A stretch of 32,202 bases of DNA, taken from the NCBI GenBank assembly GCA_002189035.1, contig NEEC01000130.1, positions 1-32,202 on the forward strand. The letters are read 5' to 3'. Shown one piece after another: positions 1 to 12,164 of the stretch (position 1 is its first letter; every line of letters begins with the position of its first letter). A program made the position numbers and the translations under genes. The stretch comes from Utricularia gibba (lineage: Eukaryota > Plantae > Magnoliophyta). The notes under the pieces are model-generated. The model saw only the letters and a program-made list of their open reading frames with translations, searched no databases and had not been told where the DNA came from.

Positions 1-1297
1 TTCAAGTTGATGGGGACATACTTGGGCAATCCGGCATGCATCCCTGAAAGATTCAACAGGATTAGAAAGTTCAATTGTCCTGCTAGAAATCAGTATCTTC
101 CGTGGGTTGCGTTGAACCAAGATGAAGCATAACAAAGCAGTGAAAGAAATCTAATGGGTTGAAATAAAAGAGCCATGAATACAGGATGAACTTAATACAA
201 CGAAACACTCAAGATTACAATAATTTTAGAGCCATAGTTTCGGAGCTACATTAACCAACTACAAGTCATGGATGATGGAAGCCTACCACATAACTACATA
301 AAGCCACCTACAATCTGGCAACAAACAACTCGACTTCTAGTGTTTATCCAGCTTTAATAAAGGTGCTGTATACCCCAATTCTTCTTCAAAACGTTCAACA
401 CAAGGAGCCCTATGAAAAGCTTTCGGTATTTCAATATCTTATCCCACCATATGCTTTCGACACTCAACGAACTGTACTTGATGCAGAAGCCATAACCATG
501 ATACAGTCTTACAACATGGAACATCATGATTTCCCAAAATAATCCAGAAACACTCGAGAAATAACCTTCAACATTCTCATTAGCACCTTCAAAAACTCTA
601 CTTTGTTTTCTGGGACAACTAAATACTTCAGTGAAAAAAGAAAAACTGGATAAACCGTCATCATGCGAACACTTAAAGCGCCAACCTTGCAATAATCATT
701 GTATTAAAAAAAACAACAAATAAAGAAGATATGCAATTCAGAGAAACAAGCATTACCCCCAGCAATCCCTCTGAGCTTGGGAATCCTTCGGTATAAAGGC
801 ATTTGTCCACCTTCGAATCCCTTACGAACACCAGGCCCAGACCTCGATTTCTGACCCCTCATACCGAATCCACAGCTGCCCCCTTGCCCAGCAGCATGAC
901 CACGCCCCTTTCTTTTAGCCGTCCTCCTCGACCCTGGCTGCGGACCTAAGTTATTCAGCCGGAACCGCACAGCTTGCGAACTCGCAGCATTTTCTTGCAC
1001 TCCAGAAGCAGCGTCAGCTGCACAGTGAACTACAAGGGAGTGTCCCCTACTTATTTCCTGATTCTTAAGCTTAATGACCGGAACCAGAAATGGCTTCGGC
1101 TTCAATGACCTCACATTCCCCTATTTGATAGACAACTCTTTAAATCATCCACCGGTGCAGAATTCAAGCAGAGGATTTCCCCTGACTAGGATAACGGAAG
1201 AAATCCAGTTCATTACCTGAAAATCCGAAGCCAGGCGGCGGCGCGGCAAGGCTCCGGTCGGAGGAGCAGGCGTGGATAGAAAGAGCACTGAGGCCAT
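1..1297 (-). CDS. RPL15: Nuclear-encoded plastid 50S ribosomal protein L15 (uL15c), 3' end outside window. Exons 1297-1217, 1120-757, 43-<1
   Basis: Spliced translation [13 protein letters not shown]...DFQ|GNVRSLKP...[70 protein letters not shown]|[14 protein letters not shown] matches the uL15 signature with an N-terminal transit-peptide-like extension. GT-AG junctions are phase-consistent. Confidence 0.95.
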
Positions 1298-1384
1298 AGA
1301 AGGAGATAGGAAGGGGGATGCGTTTTGCTATTTTTCTTATTTTTAGTTAATATTTATTTTCCTTGTTTTACTTGGACTCCCATT

Positions 1385-1446
1385 TGGGCCAACGAAACCC
1401 ATAATCGGGCCTGAAATCACAATGCATTTGCATCTCCATAGGCCCA
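1385..1446 (-). promoter_or_regulatory. Site II (TCP-type TGGGCY/GGCCCA) motifs upstream of RPL15
   Basis: TGGGCC at 1385-1390 and GGCCCA at 1441-1446, 90-150 nt upstream of the ATG. Site II motifs are typical of plant ribosomal-protein promoters. Confidence 0.5.
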
Positions 1447-1995
1447 AGAGAATAATTAAAAACAATACCATACATAAATTTACTTATTTTTTCAATCAAA
1501 GATGCACTAACTAATTATTTTTTAAAAACAATTTCTGCAACATACTTATGTTTTTGTAAATCATTAATTTTTATCTAAGTTAATTTTTTTATATATACAA
1601 ATTTAAACAATAAATTCTTATTAATAAACTTTTGAAAAGTTGATTAAATTTAACTGATTTTTATTTAAAAAAAGAAATCCATTTCTCAATGTTTGAAATT
1701 TTCAACAAAATTTGGAAATCATCATATTCTATTTAGGATCAACTTATATCAAATCCTACTCCACGATATAATTTTTGAAATGACATTTTCTCATGTAAGT
1801 AAGAGCATTTCATCTAAATAATATCTGCTTGATATAGTAATAAAATACTATTAATAAAATCACACCTGAAGACAACGGCGGGGTCACGACAGCGCGCCGC
1901 CGACGCATAATGACACACAAATGGGACTTGACGTCGCCAGAAACTATGAGCATGATTTTTTTTACAGCGGTAAACGGCCACCTTTTACCATACTG

Positions 1996-4900
1996 CTACT
2001 TGCCTCCCTTCCCGTAGGTGTCCCTCAGCGTCACGATTCTATTGAACACCAGCTTATCGGGACTGGAATCACTATCAACAGCAAAGTAACCTGAAACAGC
2101 CACCACACTCACACATCAGCGTTCTATGCAGCAAACAAGAGCAATGATGGCTTCCTTGAATGGTCGGTTTAATGAGTTTACCTATGCGTTCAAACTGGAA
2201 TCTGTCTCCAATGGTGGCATCCTTCAACGAAGGCACTGCATATGCATCTCTTATGACAACCTTTGAGTGCGGATTGAGATCATCGAGCCAGTTTTCAAGC
2301 TCGGCCGGGTTCTGTGGTTCATATGCAAAAGTTTTATGGTATCACACAGGTTAGAGAATGAAACATGAGCTGAGGAAACAGTGAAATGATTGAAGAGTCC
2401 CCACCTCAGAGTTGAAGAGTTTGTTGAATAATCTGACTTCTACCTTGAGGGGGTCTACACCGGGTGACGCTTCAGACACCCAGTGGAGAACGCCCTGAAA
2501 TTTAGAAAGAATAATCTAGAAAACTGCGATTCATGATGATACTCATGTGAGGAAATTGTTAGATTGGGGACCTTGGGTTTGGAGGACTTTGTTGGATCAT
2601 AAACTGCTCGAATCTCAAGGATAGTCTCTCCATCATCTCCAAAAACTGCTTCAGTGCACTTGATAGGGAAGGCGTACCTTTACAGAGATAAATCATCCTA
2701 GGTAACTTGTATCACATATTCCAAAATAAATATAATGCAAGAAATTCAAGCGATCCAATGCACCTCAGGAGTACAGATTTCCCGGGAGCAAGTCCATAGT
2801 AATCTTTTGAATCTTTCATCCGAAAATCAGATTGCTCAATGTATACAACTTTTGAAAAGGGTACCTTAGAAATACATGAAGATTACGGTTGCCGTCAAAT
2901 GCAGCAAAAGGAGATGAAATGAGGATGTTAATAAATTCCATTTCACCTTGTAAAAAGAGGACGGATCTTCAGCAGGTAGGTTGGGCCATTTCTTTGCATC
3001 TAGTTCTGATATGGAGGAGGCATCCAAGTTTGTAATGACAACCTTGAATAGAGGAATTCCAAAACATTGATCCCAATGAATAATGTTTGTAAATGTAACA
3101 TACAAGACAAACATGGAGCTAATGCAAGAGTGACTACTCCGAAACATGACTGTTGAATGTGTGAATGCTACCTTTAGTGGGTTCAGAACAACCATAATGC
3201 GAGGAGCTGTCCTATTCAGCTCCTCTCTTATATGGGACTCCAGGAGCTCTATCTGCACCAGACTAGAGTCACTGCAACACAAAGGCTTAGAAGTCAGATG
3301 TTTGAAAAGAAACCCTCAAAATGGAACAAAAATATAAGAAATAGGACCTTCTAGAAATGCCAATTCCGCGAACAAATGAATTTATGGAAGAAGCAGTTAC
3401 ACCTCTGCGCCGTAATCCAGCAAGTGTCATCAAACGAGGGTCATCCCAGCCGTCAACATACTTTTCCGTGACTAGGCGGTTTAACTGCAGTATCCACGAG
3501 TAAATAATGGTTACTTTCAGAGGAAGAATCTACATGAAGTTGAAATACTAATCATTATAATTCTGACTATATGATTCACCTTACGCTTGGACATCACTGT
3601 ATTGGTGATATTCAGTCGAGCATATTCCCATACGAAAGGCTCATAAAGACCCAGAGCATCTAATAACCAGTAGTATGATGCTCGCCGGGTCTCAAATTCT
3701 AATGTGCAAAGCTGCCAGAAGAAGTTTAATTGAAAAAAAAAAAGATCTAAAGGAACTCATCAGTTCCTAGGAAGATGAAATTTGAGAGAGCTGCATGTAA
3801 TCCCAAAACGTGCATACCGAATGAGTTATGTCTTCAAGGGAATCAACTATACAATGTGCATAATCATAGCTTGGATAGATACACCATTTGTCTCCAGCGT
3901 GTGGGTGAGGGACGAACTACACATGTAAAGCCAAAAAAATTAATATTCTAACGAGCTATTCAACTAACAACATGCTTCAGTTAAAATGCACACCTTAATA
4001 CGATAAGCAATCAGGTCATACATATTAAAATTATCACTCTGCATATCCTGCTTCATGCGCAGTGTTGCCTTGCCTTCCTCAATCTTGCCCTGCTTCATCT
4101 CCTCAAACAAGTCTAGAGACTCTTTGATTGGTCTGTCTCGCCAGGGACTGTTCATCTTCTTGTCTCTGTACTCTTTTATCTCATCTGGTGTCTGCACGGG
4201 AGAAGCACATGATACCCAACAAAAAGATGCGAAGTTTTGCTTCAAGTCAAAAGAAAATATCTAAATAGCTGAGATACTTGATTATGGCTATAACCAAGAC
4301 ATGCTTCCTAAAAGAAAATTAAATAAACAAAGCATATAGGAGGAAAATGAGATCGACATTTGGAAACACACCTGGTGATCAACATAAGCAAAACCTCTTC
4401 GTATAAGTTCTACGGCCAACTCATAAAGTTCTTGGAAATAGTCGCTGGTATAAGTTATCTAGAATTTGAAAAATATCAAAACAGATTAAACATCATCGAT
4501 GATGCTGAGTATATTAGCGGCTTCTCAATGAAATAACACCTTAAAGGGCTTCCATCCCATCCAGCTAACAATTTCTTCAATATGATCAATGTACTCCTTT
4601 TTCTCGGCTTCTGGATTAGTATCGTCATACCTGAGGTGCTATTCATCAGTAACAATTTAATCAAAAGAATTATTTTTTCGTCAATTGAAAGAATGTGAGT
4701 GTCATCCAAAGCACAATAAAATTTTGTAAAAGGTTGCTTTAATGGAAACTCCATAGGAATTTTATGCAACTAAAAATTCTTACTATTCAAGTCTTTCAAG
4801 CCAAGGCATAAATCCTTATTTAGTACCTCAAATAGCAGGAACCATCTCTATCTTCAGCGAGTCCAAAATCGACAAACATGGCCTACAGGGCAAGGCTTTT

Positions 4901-7078
4901 TTCAGTTATTTTTTTAACAAACACCTCAGACATCAACTGAAATAACCTTGGCATGGCCTATGTGTAGATATCCATTTGGTTCAGGAGGGAAGCGAGTGAA
5001 AACTTTTCCTCCAGTGCGTCTCAAGTGTTTTTCAAGAACTTCCTTGGAATTACAAGCCCTGAGAACAGGGCGATCGCTGAAGTGAATCTCTGTATGAACC
5101 TGCCAACCAAAAAGGCAAGTTCAGAGAGTTGCATGACATTTACAAGATGGAGAAAAGGAAAAAGAAAATGCAAGCGTGACTGCAGGATGACATTACACGA
5201 CCTTCGAGAAGACATGAACACTCACAATTTACAAGATTTCTGAAAAGAAGGTCCAGATGAAAAAAAAAAAAAAACAGGTACCACAACATTGGATTTTTCA
5301 AATACCTTAAAGTTATCTTCTGGAGAAGGAAACGCTGACAATGAAAATGGATTCATTTCCTCTTTCGATAATTTGGGCTCTTCATTAATAACCTTTTCCT
5401 GTAAGAGAAAATAAAAAAATAAATGAGCACCAGCCATCCATAATAATTTGGAACATTTTTTGGAGCTTTGATGACAAGAGTTGTAGGGATTTGTCAACAA
5501 GTGAATGCAAAAAATTATACCAGCAAAATATTACAAGACCTCTAGCAAAAAAATGTTCTTTAGTGAAATAAATTTCACATTTTACAAACCTCTGCTTGAC
5601 AGCCTTCTCTTTTTTCTTTTTAGTAGGATCCTTGTTATCAGAATCTGTCTTTTCGCCAAGTAATTTGAACAACCTTGCATCAATGGTTTGCTGAAGACAT
5701 AAATAATACAAGCTCACAAATGACACAAAAAAGAATTAAATGATGCGAATGCACAGGTAAGAATGACAAAAAAACTCTGCCACCTTTATAATTTTTGAAT
5801 CCGCCCATGGATGCTTCTTTCTAACACAACTGACAAGTTTCCCCACTGCATAGCGGATGCAATCAGCAAAAGAATCATGTATCGTAAAAGGAGAAAAATC
5901 AGGGCTTCACATCATATTGATCGCTAGAATCTAGACCATGAGATATTCAATACTCAATGAATGAAATTCAGAGTAAAACCACGCATCTATAAGCCTGGCA
6001 TCCATCTTACTACAAGTAAATTGTAAACCCACCATTTGTCCGGTACCGCTCTTCAATGATAGTTGTTCTGTTCTCCTCAAATACCTCGTCAACAGCATTC
6101 ACAATGTCCTCCACAGTGACCTCTATTCCTGTTTTAATTCCAAAACATTACCGATCAGAAATATTCTCACATAAATAAAAATTTAAAAAATACAGAGCAG
6201 ATACAACTTGATGGAGTTTCATACCAACACCACATGCAACTTCAAAATCATCAACACGCAATTCATCAGATGCAGCAGCTTCAAGAAACAAAAAGGCGGC
6301 CTCCAGTTGTGCAGGAGTCTTAATCTGTGCTTAAAACCATTTTAAGAAGGATGCATAGGAAGTACTATCATTTGATAAACAAGGAATGATAATATCCAAC
6401 CTTGGAAGAAACAATATATTTCAACAAGGTAGGCCGATGAACCAAAGCATTAGCAGGAAACTTTGTTGCGACCTGTCAAGAATTAAAAAAAAAATCATGC
6501 CTCCGCTCGCCGTTCACAAAAGAAAACCCACACAGCATCAACTGAGATATTAGACGAATTTCAAATATAGTTGACCCTAACATGATTGTGAAATGAGTAT
6601 ATTGGAACAAAAAATACATTCAAAATCTCATGTTACTACATCCATAAGACCATTCAATGGGGCATTAGAAAAAAATATGATGCATGCCACTGAAGAACCA
6701 AACAGACATCCTATTTGGTGCAACCCAGAAAAATAATTCTCCTAGGCTTTGAAAAGATAAATACTTGGTGATTCCAAACCACCAACTTACAGTATACAGA
6801 AGGTTCCCAACAGTTCGATCGCATCCGTCAGCCACACCTGCCTGATATACAACAGGGGAACTTTCTTTCATTCATTTCCGACAAATCTCAATAACCCTGA
6901 AAACTACCCAAGTAAACATTACTAAAAACAATACCTCGTGAATAACGGCGATCAAATTAGCGGTGACCTTATTGTTCGCAACAGTGTTCTTCGCGGTTGT
7001 TTCTTCCAAACCAATCTTCCGAAACAAATCAACCACGTTTTCGGTGCCACCTCCCTCACTCTGGGTTTTCCCAACCAT
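1996..7078 (-). CDS. GlnRS: Cytosolic glutamine--tRNA ligase (eukaryotic GlnRS with N-terminal extension), 23 exons traced
   Basis: N-terminus [10 protein letters not shown]...[31 protein letters not shown]|[17 protein letters not shown]|[14 protein letters not shown]; HIGH motif [17 protein letters not shown] (exon 5099-4947); [10 protein letters not shown]; NTVMSKRKL; C-terminus FQFERIG|YFAVD...[21 protein letters not shown] (1996-1998). All junctions are in phase except one donor near 5586-5590. Confidence 0.97.
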
Positions 7079-7149
7079 TTTTCTCGCTTCAGAGCAATTG
7101 AAATGATATCTTGGTTCCTAAGAATATACAATACAGCTCCGCGTGAATG

Positions 7150-7181
7150 TGGGCCGCGTGGAGAGCTGCTCTGAAACCCTA
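7150..7181. promoter_or_regulatory. Site II motif plus telo-box upstream of GlnRS
   Basis: TGGGCC at 7150-7155 and AAACCCTA at 7174-7181, 70-100 nt upstream of the ATG. This pairing is common in plant translation-machinery promoters. Confidence 0.5.
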
Positions 7182-7372
7182 CCGTCGGAGAAGTGACCGC
7201 TGCTAGTAGTTATATCGTTATAAATATATTCATTTTATTTGTGGACAGCTTAAAATAAACAAATATATTAATGGCATGATTGCCTTATACCACGGCCTTG
7301 TATGAATCAAATCTGGTGGCTGTAAACAGGAAGCGAGTGGTGATCTTATCACAGATTAGTTATCAAATAAAC

Positions 7373-7776
7373 GAGAAAATTACAAAAATAACACCTTAAG
7401 TTTCAATCAATATAAAGAGTCTAAACTTCATGTTTCAAAATTGTAAAAAGATAGCTCAAGTTATTAAAATCATTTAACGAAAATTCAAATAATTTTCAAT
7501 TTTTTAAAAAATGAATCAAACATGAGAGATTAAGTATACAACGAATATCCAAAAATGAAAAGTTAAAAATTAGAGGTTAAATATATATATAAAAAAGATC
7601 AAAACAATTGTTAAAACCATTCAACTAAGATCAAAACATGAGGGGTTAAATATACAATTTTATAAGTTGGAATGCAAATTATTTACAAATAATGTAAGTT
7701 AAAGGGTCATAATTTTGAAAATTGAAGTTTAAACTCTTTATATTGAGTGTAATTTAACGTGTCATCGATAAATTTC
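7373..7776. mobile_element. Non-autonomous long-TIR (Mutator-like) MITE
   Basis: 7408-7442 (caatataaagagtctaaacttcatgtttcaaaatt) is the reverse complement of 7711-7745 at 32/35 nt. Weaker inverted similarity extends outward to about 7373 and 7776. An internal repeat aaacatgag...ttaa(g/a)tatacaa occurs near 7519 and 7634. No clear TSD. Confidence 0.65.
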
Positions 7777-8716
7777 AAACTTAAATAAAAAATATAAAAA
7801 AAAACATAAAATTATAAGAATTAAATATTTAAAACAGATAACATATTCTAATGAAAGTATGAACCGTTTTTCCTTAACTAACAATATACCATTTTATTAT
7901 TTTTCCAAATGTATTATATTTTCCATGCAAATATGATTTAAATAAAAATATAATATTTCAAATAGCCTTAAATATCATCTTATATGTTGTATTCTATATT
8001 TTTTTTCAACAACAACAATCTATATATTTGAAATTAAAAAACATTGAACTATTTAAGTAAATTGAATATTTATTATCAAAATTACTATAGAATATATAGT
8101 TTCTGAAATACAATTGATTATAGATAATAGATAATAACAATATATAATAATATATTTAATAATTTGAAATTATATGAATAGATAGTTTTTGTATTTAATA
8201 TTTTAAATAATTATATAAATATATATTATTCAAATTTTATTCTTAAGTTAAATATTGCTATCTTCAAAAAATATATATACAAAAAATATGCTAATAAAAA
8301 AATATACTATTGAATACTTGATTCCGTACATTTATTTTTTCTTGTACAATATAGGTACAATATCACGTCGTCAATGTATACATGATCTCATCATAATGTC
8401 GCCATTTAAATTCTATTTAATTTTTTAATTATGCCTCGAAAAAAGGAGAATGAAGGCCCTATACCTCCCCATTAGGATTGAGGGATCACTGTATGCGAAT
8501 TATTTTTAAAAAAATTAAAAAAAAAAAATTTGAAATGGATAATATTGTACAATTTGATTGATGTTTAAATATTAATTAATATAATATATAACACGTGCTC
8601 CTAAATGGAAAGAGTTTATTAAGGTAAATTCTATTGATGATGGTTTGTGATGACATTGGACAGACCGTGCTTAACAGGCAAACGAGTCACCTTTTAAACA
8701 TGGGAATGGAGCATCG

Positions 8717-9561
8717 TCATTTTCTTTTGGTTTTGGCGTTTCTTCTGTTTGATCTTGGAGTTGCAGCAGTGCCAAGGACTTTGTACATGTCTGCTGTGAT
8801 TTCCTTCAGCCACAGCCCAGGGAACAGTTCCTGAAACAGAATCCCAGGATGGAATACGTCGGTGTAAGCGTATTGATCGGAGAAGAAGGGCGATTTGGGA
8901 GTTCGGGGGGTGGGGGGGCTTACATTCAAGTGTCTCTGGACGATCTGGGGTCTTTTCTTAGGCCGGCGCGGCGGCCGGCGACCGAGGATACGGAGGAAGT
9001 CGTCTTCGATTTCTCTTTTCGATAGCGGGATTGAGAATCTCACCCGTTTCGTATCCTCCGCCGCGCCGATGCAATTGTTCGGATGGGCGGCGATTGGATT
9101 GTTGCTGACGCCGGCTTAGAGGAGGACTGCATCTGGGGGATTTCGGAGGGAGGAACCGACGAATTTATCACGAATCTCTTGCCACCGACAAGTCTACCGG
9201 CAACCACCGATGCAGCACGCCTCTTCCTCAGGTTCCGCGACGGAGGCAGAAAAGATGGATTTAGACCTTCCTTCCAAATCGCGTCCCTCATTTTCTCCGC
9301 TGCAATCTGCAGATCGTGAATCACTTTCATTCTCATCGCCTCAATCCCGCTCTGGTCCTTATCGCCTATTTCAATCGCCGCGCTTGGGCCGAATTCCGGC
9401 GATCCAACCAGGACGCTGTCCGAATCCAACTTCCAGGGTTGTCCCGACATATGGTCGTAAAATCCTTGACTCCTCCTCCGGTGACGATGACTCCCCCAGC
9501 CCACGTCACACGGCGGCGTAAAATTGCGCAACTCTTTACATCTTTGCTCTTCCCTACCCAT
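8717..9561 (-). CDS. DUF1639 family protein. Exons 9561-8924 (one frameshift near 9063) and 8830-8717
   Basis: N-terminus RNFTPPCDVGWG; middle GIEAMRMKVIHDLQIAAEKMRDAI and RNLRKRRAA; C-terminal DUF1639 core RFSIPLSKREIEDDFLRILGRRPPRRPKKRPQIVQRHLN|ELFPGLWLKEITADMYKV with a 93-nt GT-AG intron. Adding one G at TCG GCG [G]CG GCG GAG joins the two ORFs. Confidence 0.85.
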
Positions 9562-10876
9562 CTACCCCCTGCAATTGAAAAATCCCCAATCGGATTCTCC
9601 AGATTCCGGCGAATATGATAAAAAACGAAGACGGCGGAGCAGTTCTACTTCCACTGTGCGTCGTCGTCCCCTTGAAACGCCGGGTCTGTTGCTCTTTACT
9701 GGCGAGATGAACCGCGGGTTGTTCGTAGAAACAACCGAATGCACCAAATACATCAAAATGCTCTTTCTTCTACAAGTATACGAAAGAGTATTCACTTTTT
9801 ATTTTTTTTAAAAACATCGTATTTTGTATAAAAATTTTTTATTTTTGAGTAAAAAAAAGAAAATTTTAAATGTTTTTAGTAACAATAAAATTGAATCATA
9901 AAAATAATGATGATTTCAGGATTTTTAAATCACAATTTTTTATTATTTTATTAACTTAAATTATATCCACAATTTTAATAAAAAAATACAATTTTTGATA
10001 TAGTATATAAAATTTTAAAAAATTGAAAAAGACGAGTATTTTTTTAATTACTTGTAATAGTGAATATTTTTGTAATGTGTGTTTAATATAAAATTTAGTT
10101 CCATAAAGTCAAATTACGTAGTTAATCATATGTTATTGATTTTCAAAAAATAACTGTTAATTTCCATAATTTAAAAATCATATATAATTGATTTTAAAAT
10201 TGAACAAAATCAGTCCATATTGTTTTCCACTACAAAAAAAATTAATTTCAATTATAAAATTCTAATTTTTTTTTATCAATTTCATATCTTCCCATCATAC
10301 ACTCGAATGCCAGATGCCTATTTAGAAAATTAACCACTGTTACATTTTATCTCACACATTTTAATAAAAAAATGCATATAGAATGATCACTTTTTTCACA
10401 CAATATTTCATAAATTTTTAACCATGCCTTCACATACATACATTTCATCGAGCCTGCAGGAAATGACGTGACAGACGATGGGCGGCCACCGATCGACCGT
10501 ACACGGTGTCAAAGCACAAATTTTACTAAATAGTAAAACAATGAGATGTTAATTATATTTGATTTTTAAATAATGAAGATCAATTAATTTTATATGAAAA
10601 TAGTAAAAACTAAAAATAGTCAAAATGAAAAAAACATTAAAATCTAATTTTAATCAATACATCAAATTTTGTGAATTAAGTAAGTTAATTGAGATTAAAT
10701 ATGTCATTTAAACTAAATATTAAAAACTAATATTTTATGCATAATTCAGAATAATATATATATTTTTTATTTATGGATGCAATATAAGCATCTCTTCTAA
10801 CTGCATACACTCATTGAAAACGACGCATACAAACTCCTTCAGTAGTGGTAGCCTGTCGATCTTCCATGGATTCATC

Positions 10877-12164
10877 TCAAAGATCATTGTTGTGAGTACG
10901 AGGACGGCGGGTGCCATCCGATCCACCGGGCGCCGGATGGTGCAATGCCGGAGTTTGTCCGGCGTGGCCGGAAGCGGGGTTCTGAGGCAAACCCAACAGA
11001 CAGGATCATCATATGCGATTCTTGTAAAAATTGAGGGATGGATCCACGACTCACGAGTAGCGAGAATGGCACCTCGAGTGTTCCTTGGGTTGCTGCAAAG
11101 GAAGGGTTTAGCCAAGCCTGATGAGGAATCTCATTGAATCCAAGTCTTGTTTTTTGAATCCAAAGCCACATAACTTGTGTCTCAGCTTGGAGACATCTGA
11201 TGCGCTTGATCGCTTGGTCCAGAATCGCAGCTTGATCCCACTGAAAACAATGGTTCTTGGAGCTTGTTGGAGCTCCGGAAGTGGTGATAATCATGGTGAG
11301 GTTGATGATTATACCTTGGAGTTGCTTGTGCTCGGTAAAAGCTCCCGGAGGCTTCTCAGTTTCTCCCTCACTGCATCCCTTCTCTTCTGTTGAAAAACAG
11401 CTATGGTCATTTATGATGATTATGGTGTAAAAATTGTAGAAGTTACTGGTATTGCTTCACCCTGTCGCGTAACAACTGAAGCCTTTTCTTCCGCCGGAGC
11501 TTCTTCTGCTGATCCTGGATAACAGGGACCCGTAGATGTAAAGGAATTTACTGGGTTTCGGTAAGAGATTACAGGCTCACCAGATCTGCGCCCTGAGACC
11601 AAATCTGAGTTTTCCGTGGCGGTAAAGGAACGCTACGAGTTTGATCAGCATTCAAGGGATCTTCAGGGGATTTACCGGCGACCGCCCCCTTATCTGCCAT
11701 GCTCCACGTTTCCGGCAACGGCAGCAAAACTGTGGGATTTTGATCAGTGTTCAGGGGAATGTCAGGGGGGTGATTGAAGATCCCCGCCATGCCCACCGAA
11801 ATCTGAGTTTCCGGCAACGGCAAAGAAAAGGTGCGAACTTGATCAGTCTGCAGGGGAATCTCAGAGGTTTTATCGCCGACCACCGCTGCATCCACCGGAG
11901 TCCAAGTTTCCGTTGAGGAAACTCCACGAGCTTCATTCCCCGTCAGGGAGACTCAGAGGGTTCAACAACGAACGCCGCTGTATCCACAGGAATCCGAGTT
12001 TCCGGCGAGAGAAGGAGACTGCAGGTGCTGTTCATAGTCTCGCAAAATGGCAGATATCTCGTCGGAGTCGAAAACTTGAAGGTAATCCTCCATTGTCTCT
12101 GCCTTTTTTCGGTGACTGGTGATATGAAACAGGACACAAATCGATCATGTGAAGCTTCTGCCAT
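10877..12164 (-). CDS. Divergent bHLH transcription factor of PIF/SPT (group VII)-like architecture. Exons 12164(start uncertain)-11581, 11514-11461, 11386-11315, 11240-11175, 11117-11073, 10981-10877
   Basis: Phase-0 GT-AG exons read DQQKKLRRKKRLQLLRDR | KRRDAVREKLRSLRELLPSTSNSK | WDQAAILDQAIKRIRCLQAETQ. This parallels the PIF pattern ..HNLSER | [22 protein letters not shown] | [22 protein letters not shown], including the 66-nt helix-2 exon. There is one 1-nt frameshift at 11946-11948. The start codon and last two exons are less certain. Confidence 0.75.
11606..12005 (-). repeat. Coding tandem repeat, 99-bp (33-aa) period, 4 units plus a partial fifth
   Basis: Plus-strand anchor GTTTCC at about 11609, 11708, 11807, 11906 and 11998; TGATCAG at 11642, 11741 and 11840 (exact 99-nt spacing). 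Units: ETRIPVDTAAFVVEPSESP[L]TGNEARGVSST / ETWTPVDAAVVGDKTSEIPLQTDQVRTFSLPLP / ETQISVGMAGIFNHPPDIPLNTDQNPTVLLPLP / ETWSMADKGAVAGKSPEDPLNADQTRSVPLPPR. Confidence 0.9.

Noticed and set aside
625-668. ATGATGA...CTGA (box C/D-like) on the minus strand in the RPL15 intron
   Set aside because: Only 37 nt from box C to box D, no terminal stem and no plausible rRNA guide sequence.
354-692. 112-aa ORF inside RPL15 intron 2
   Set aside because: No recognisable domain; composition is typical of T-rich intron sequence; most likely a chance ORF.
10228-10240. CACTACAAAAAAA, a CACTA-transposon-like terminus (similar CACTAAAAAAA near 21795)
   Set aside because: No matching inverted terminus found in the window; could be chance in A-rich DNA.
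11921-11941. GCTTCATTCCCC, identical to the 3' 12 nt of miR165/166
   Set aside because: The 5' half does not match, so it is neither a mature miRNA nor a usable target site. It is part of the coding repeat.
11606-12005. Regularly spaced repeats as a CRISPR-like array
   Set aside because: The units are degenerate, codon-phased and lie in a spliced eukaryotic exon; there is no identical repeat/unique spacer structure and no cas genes.
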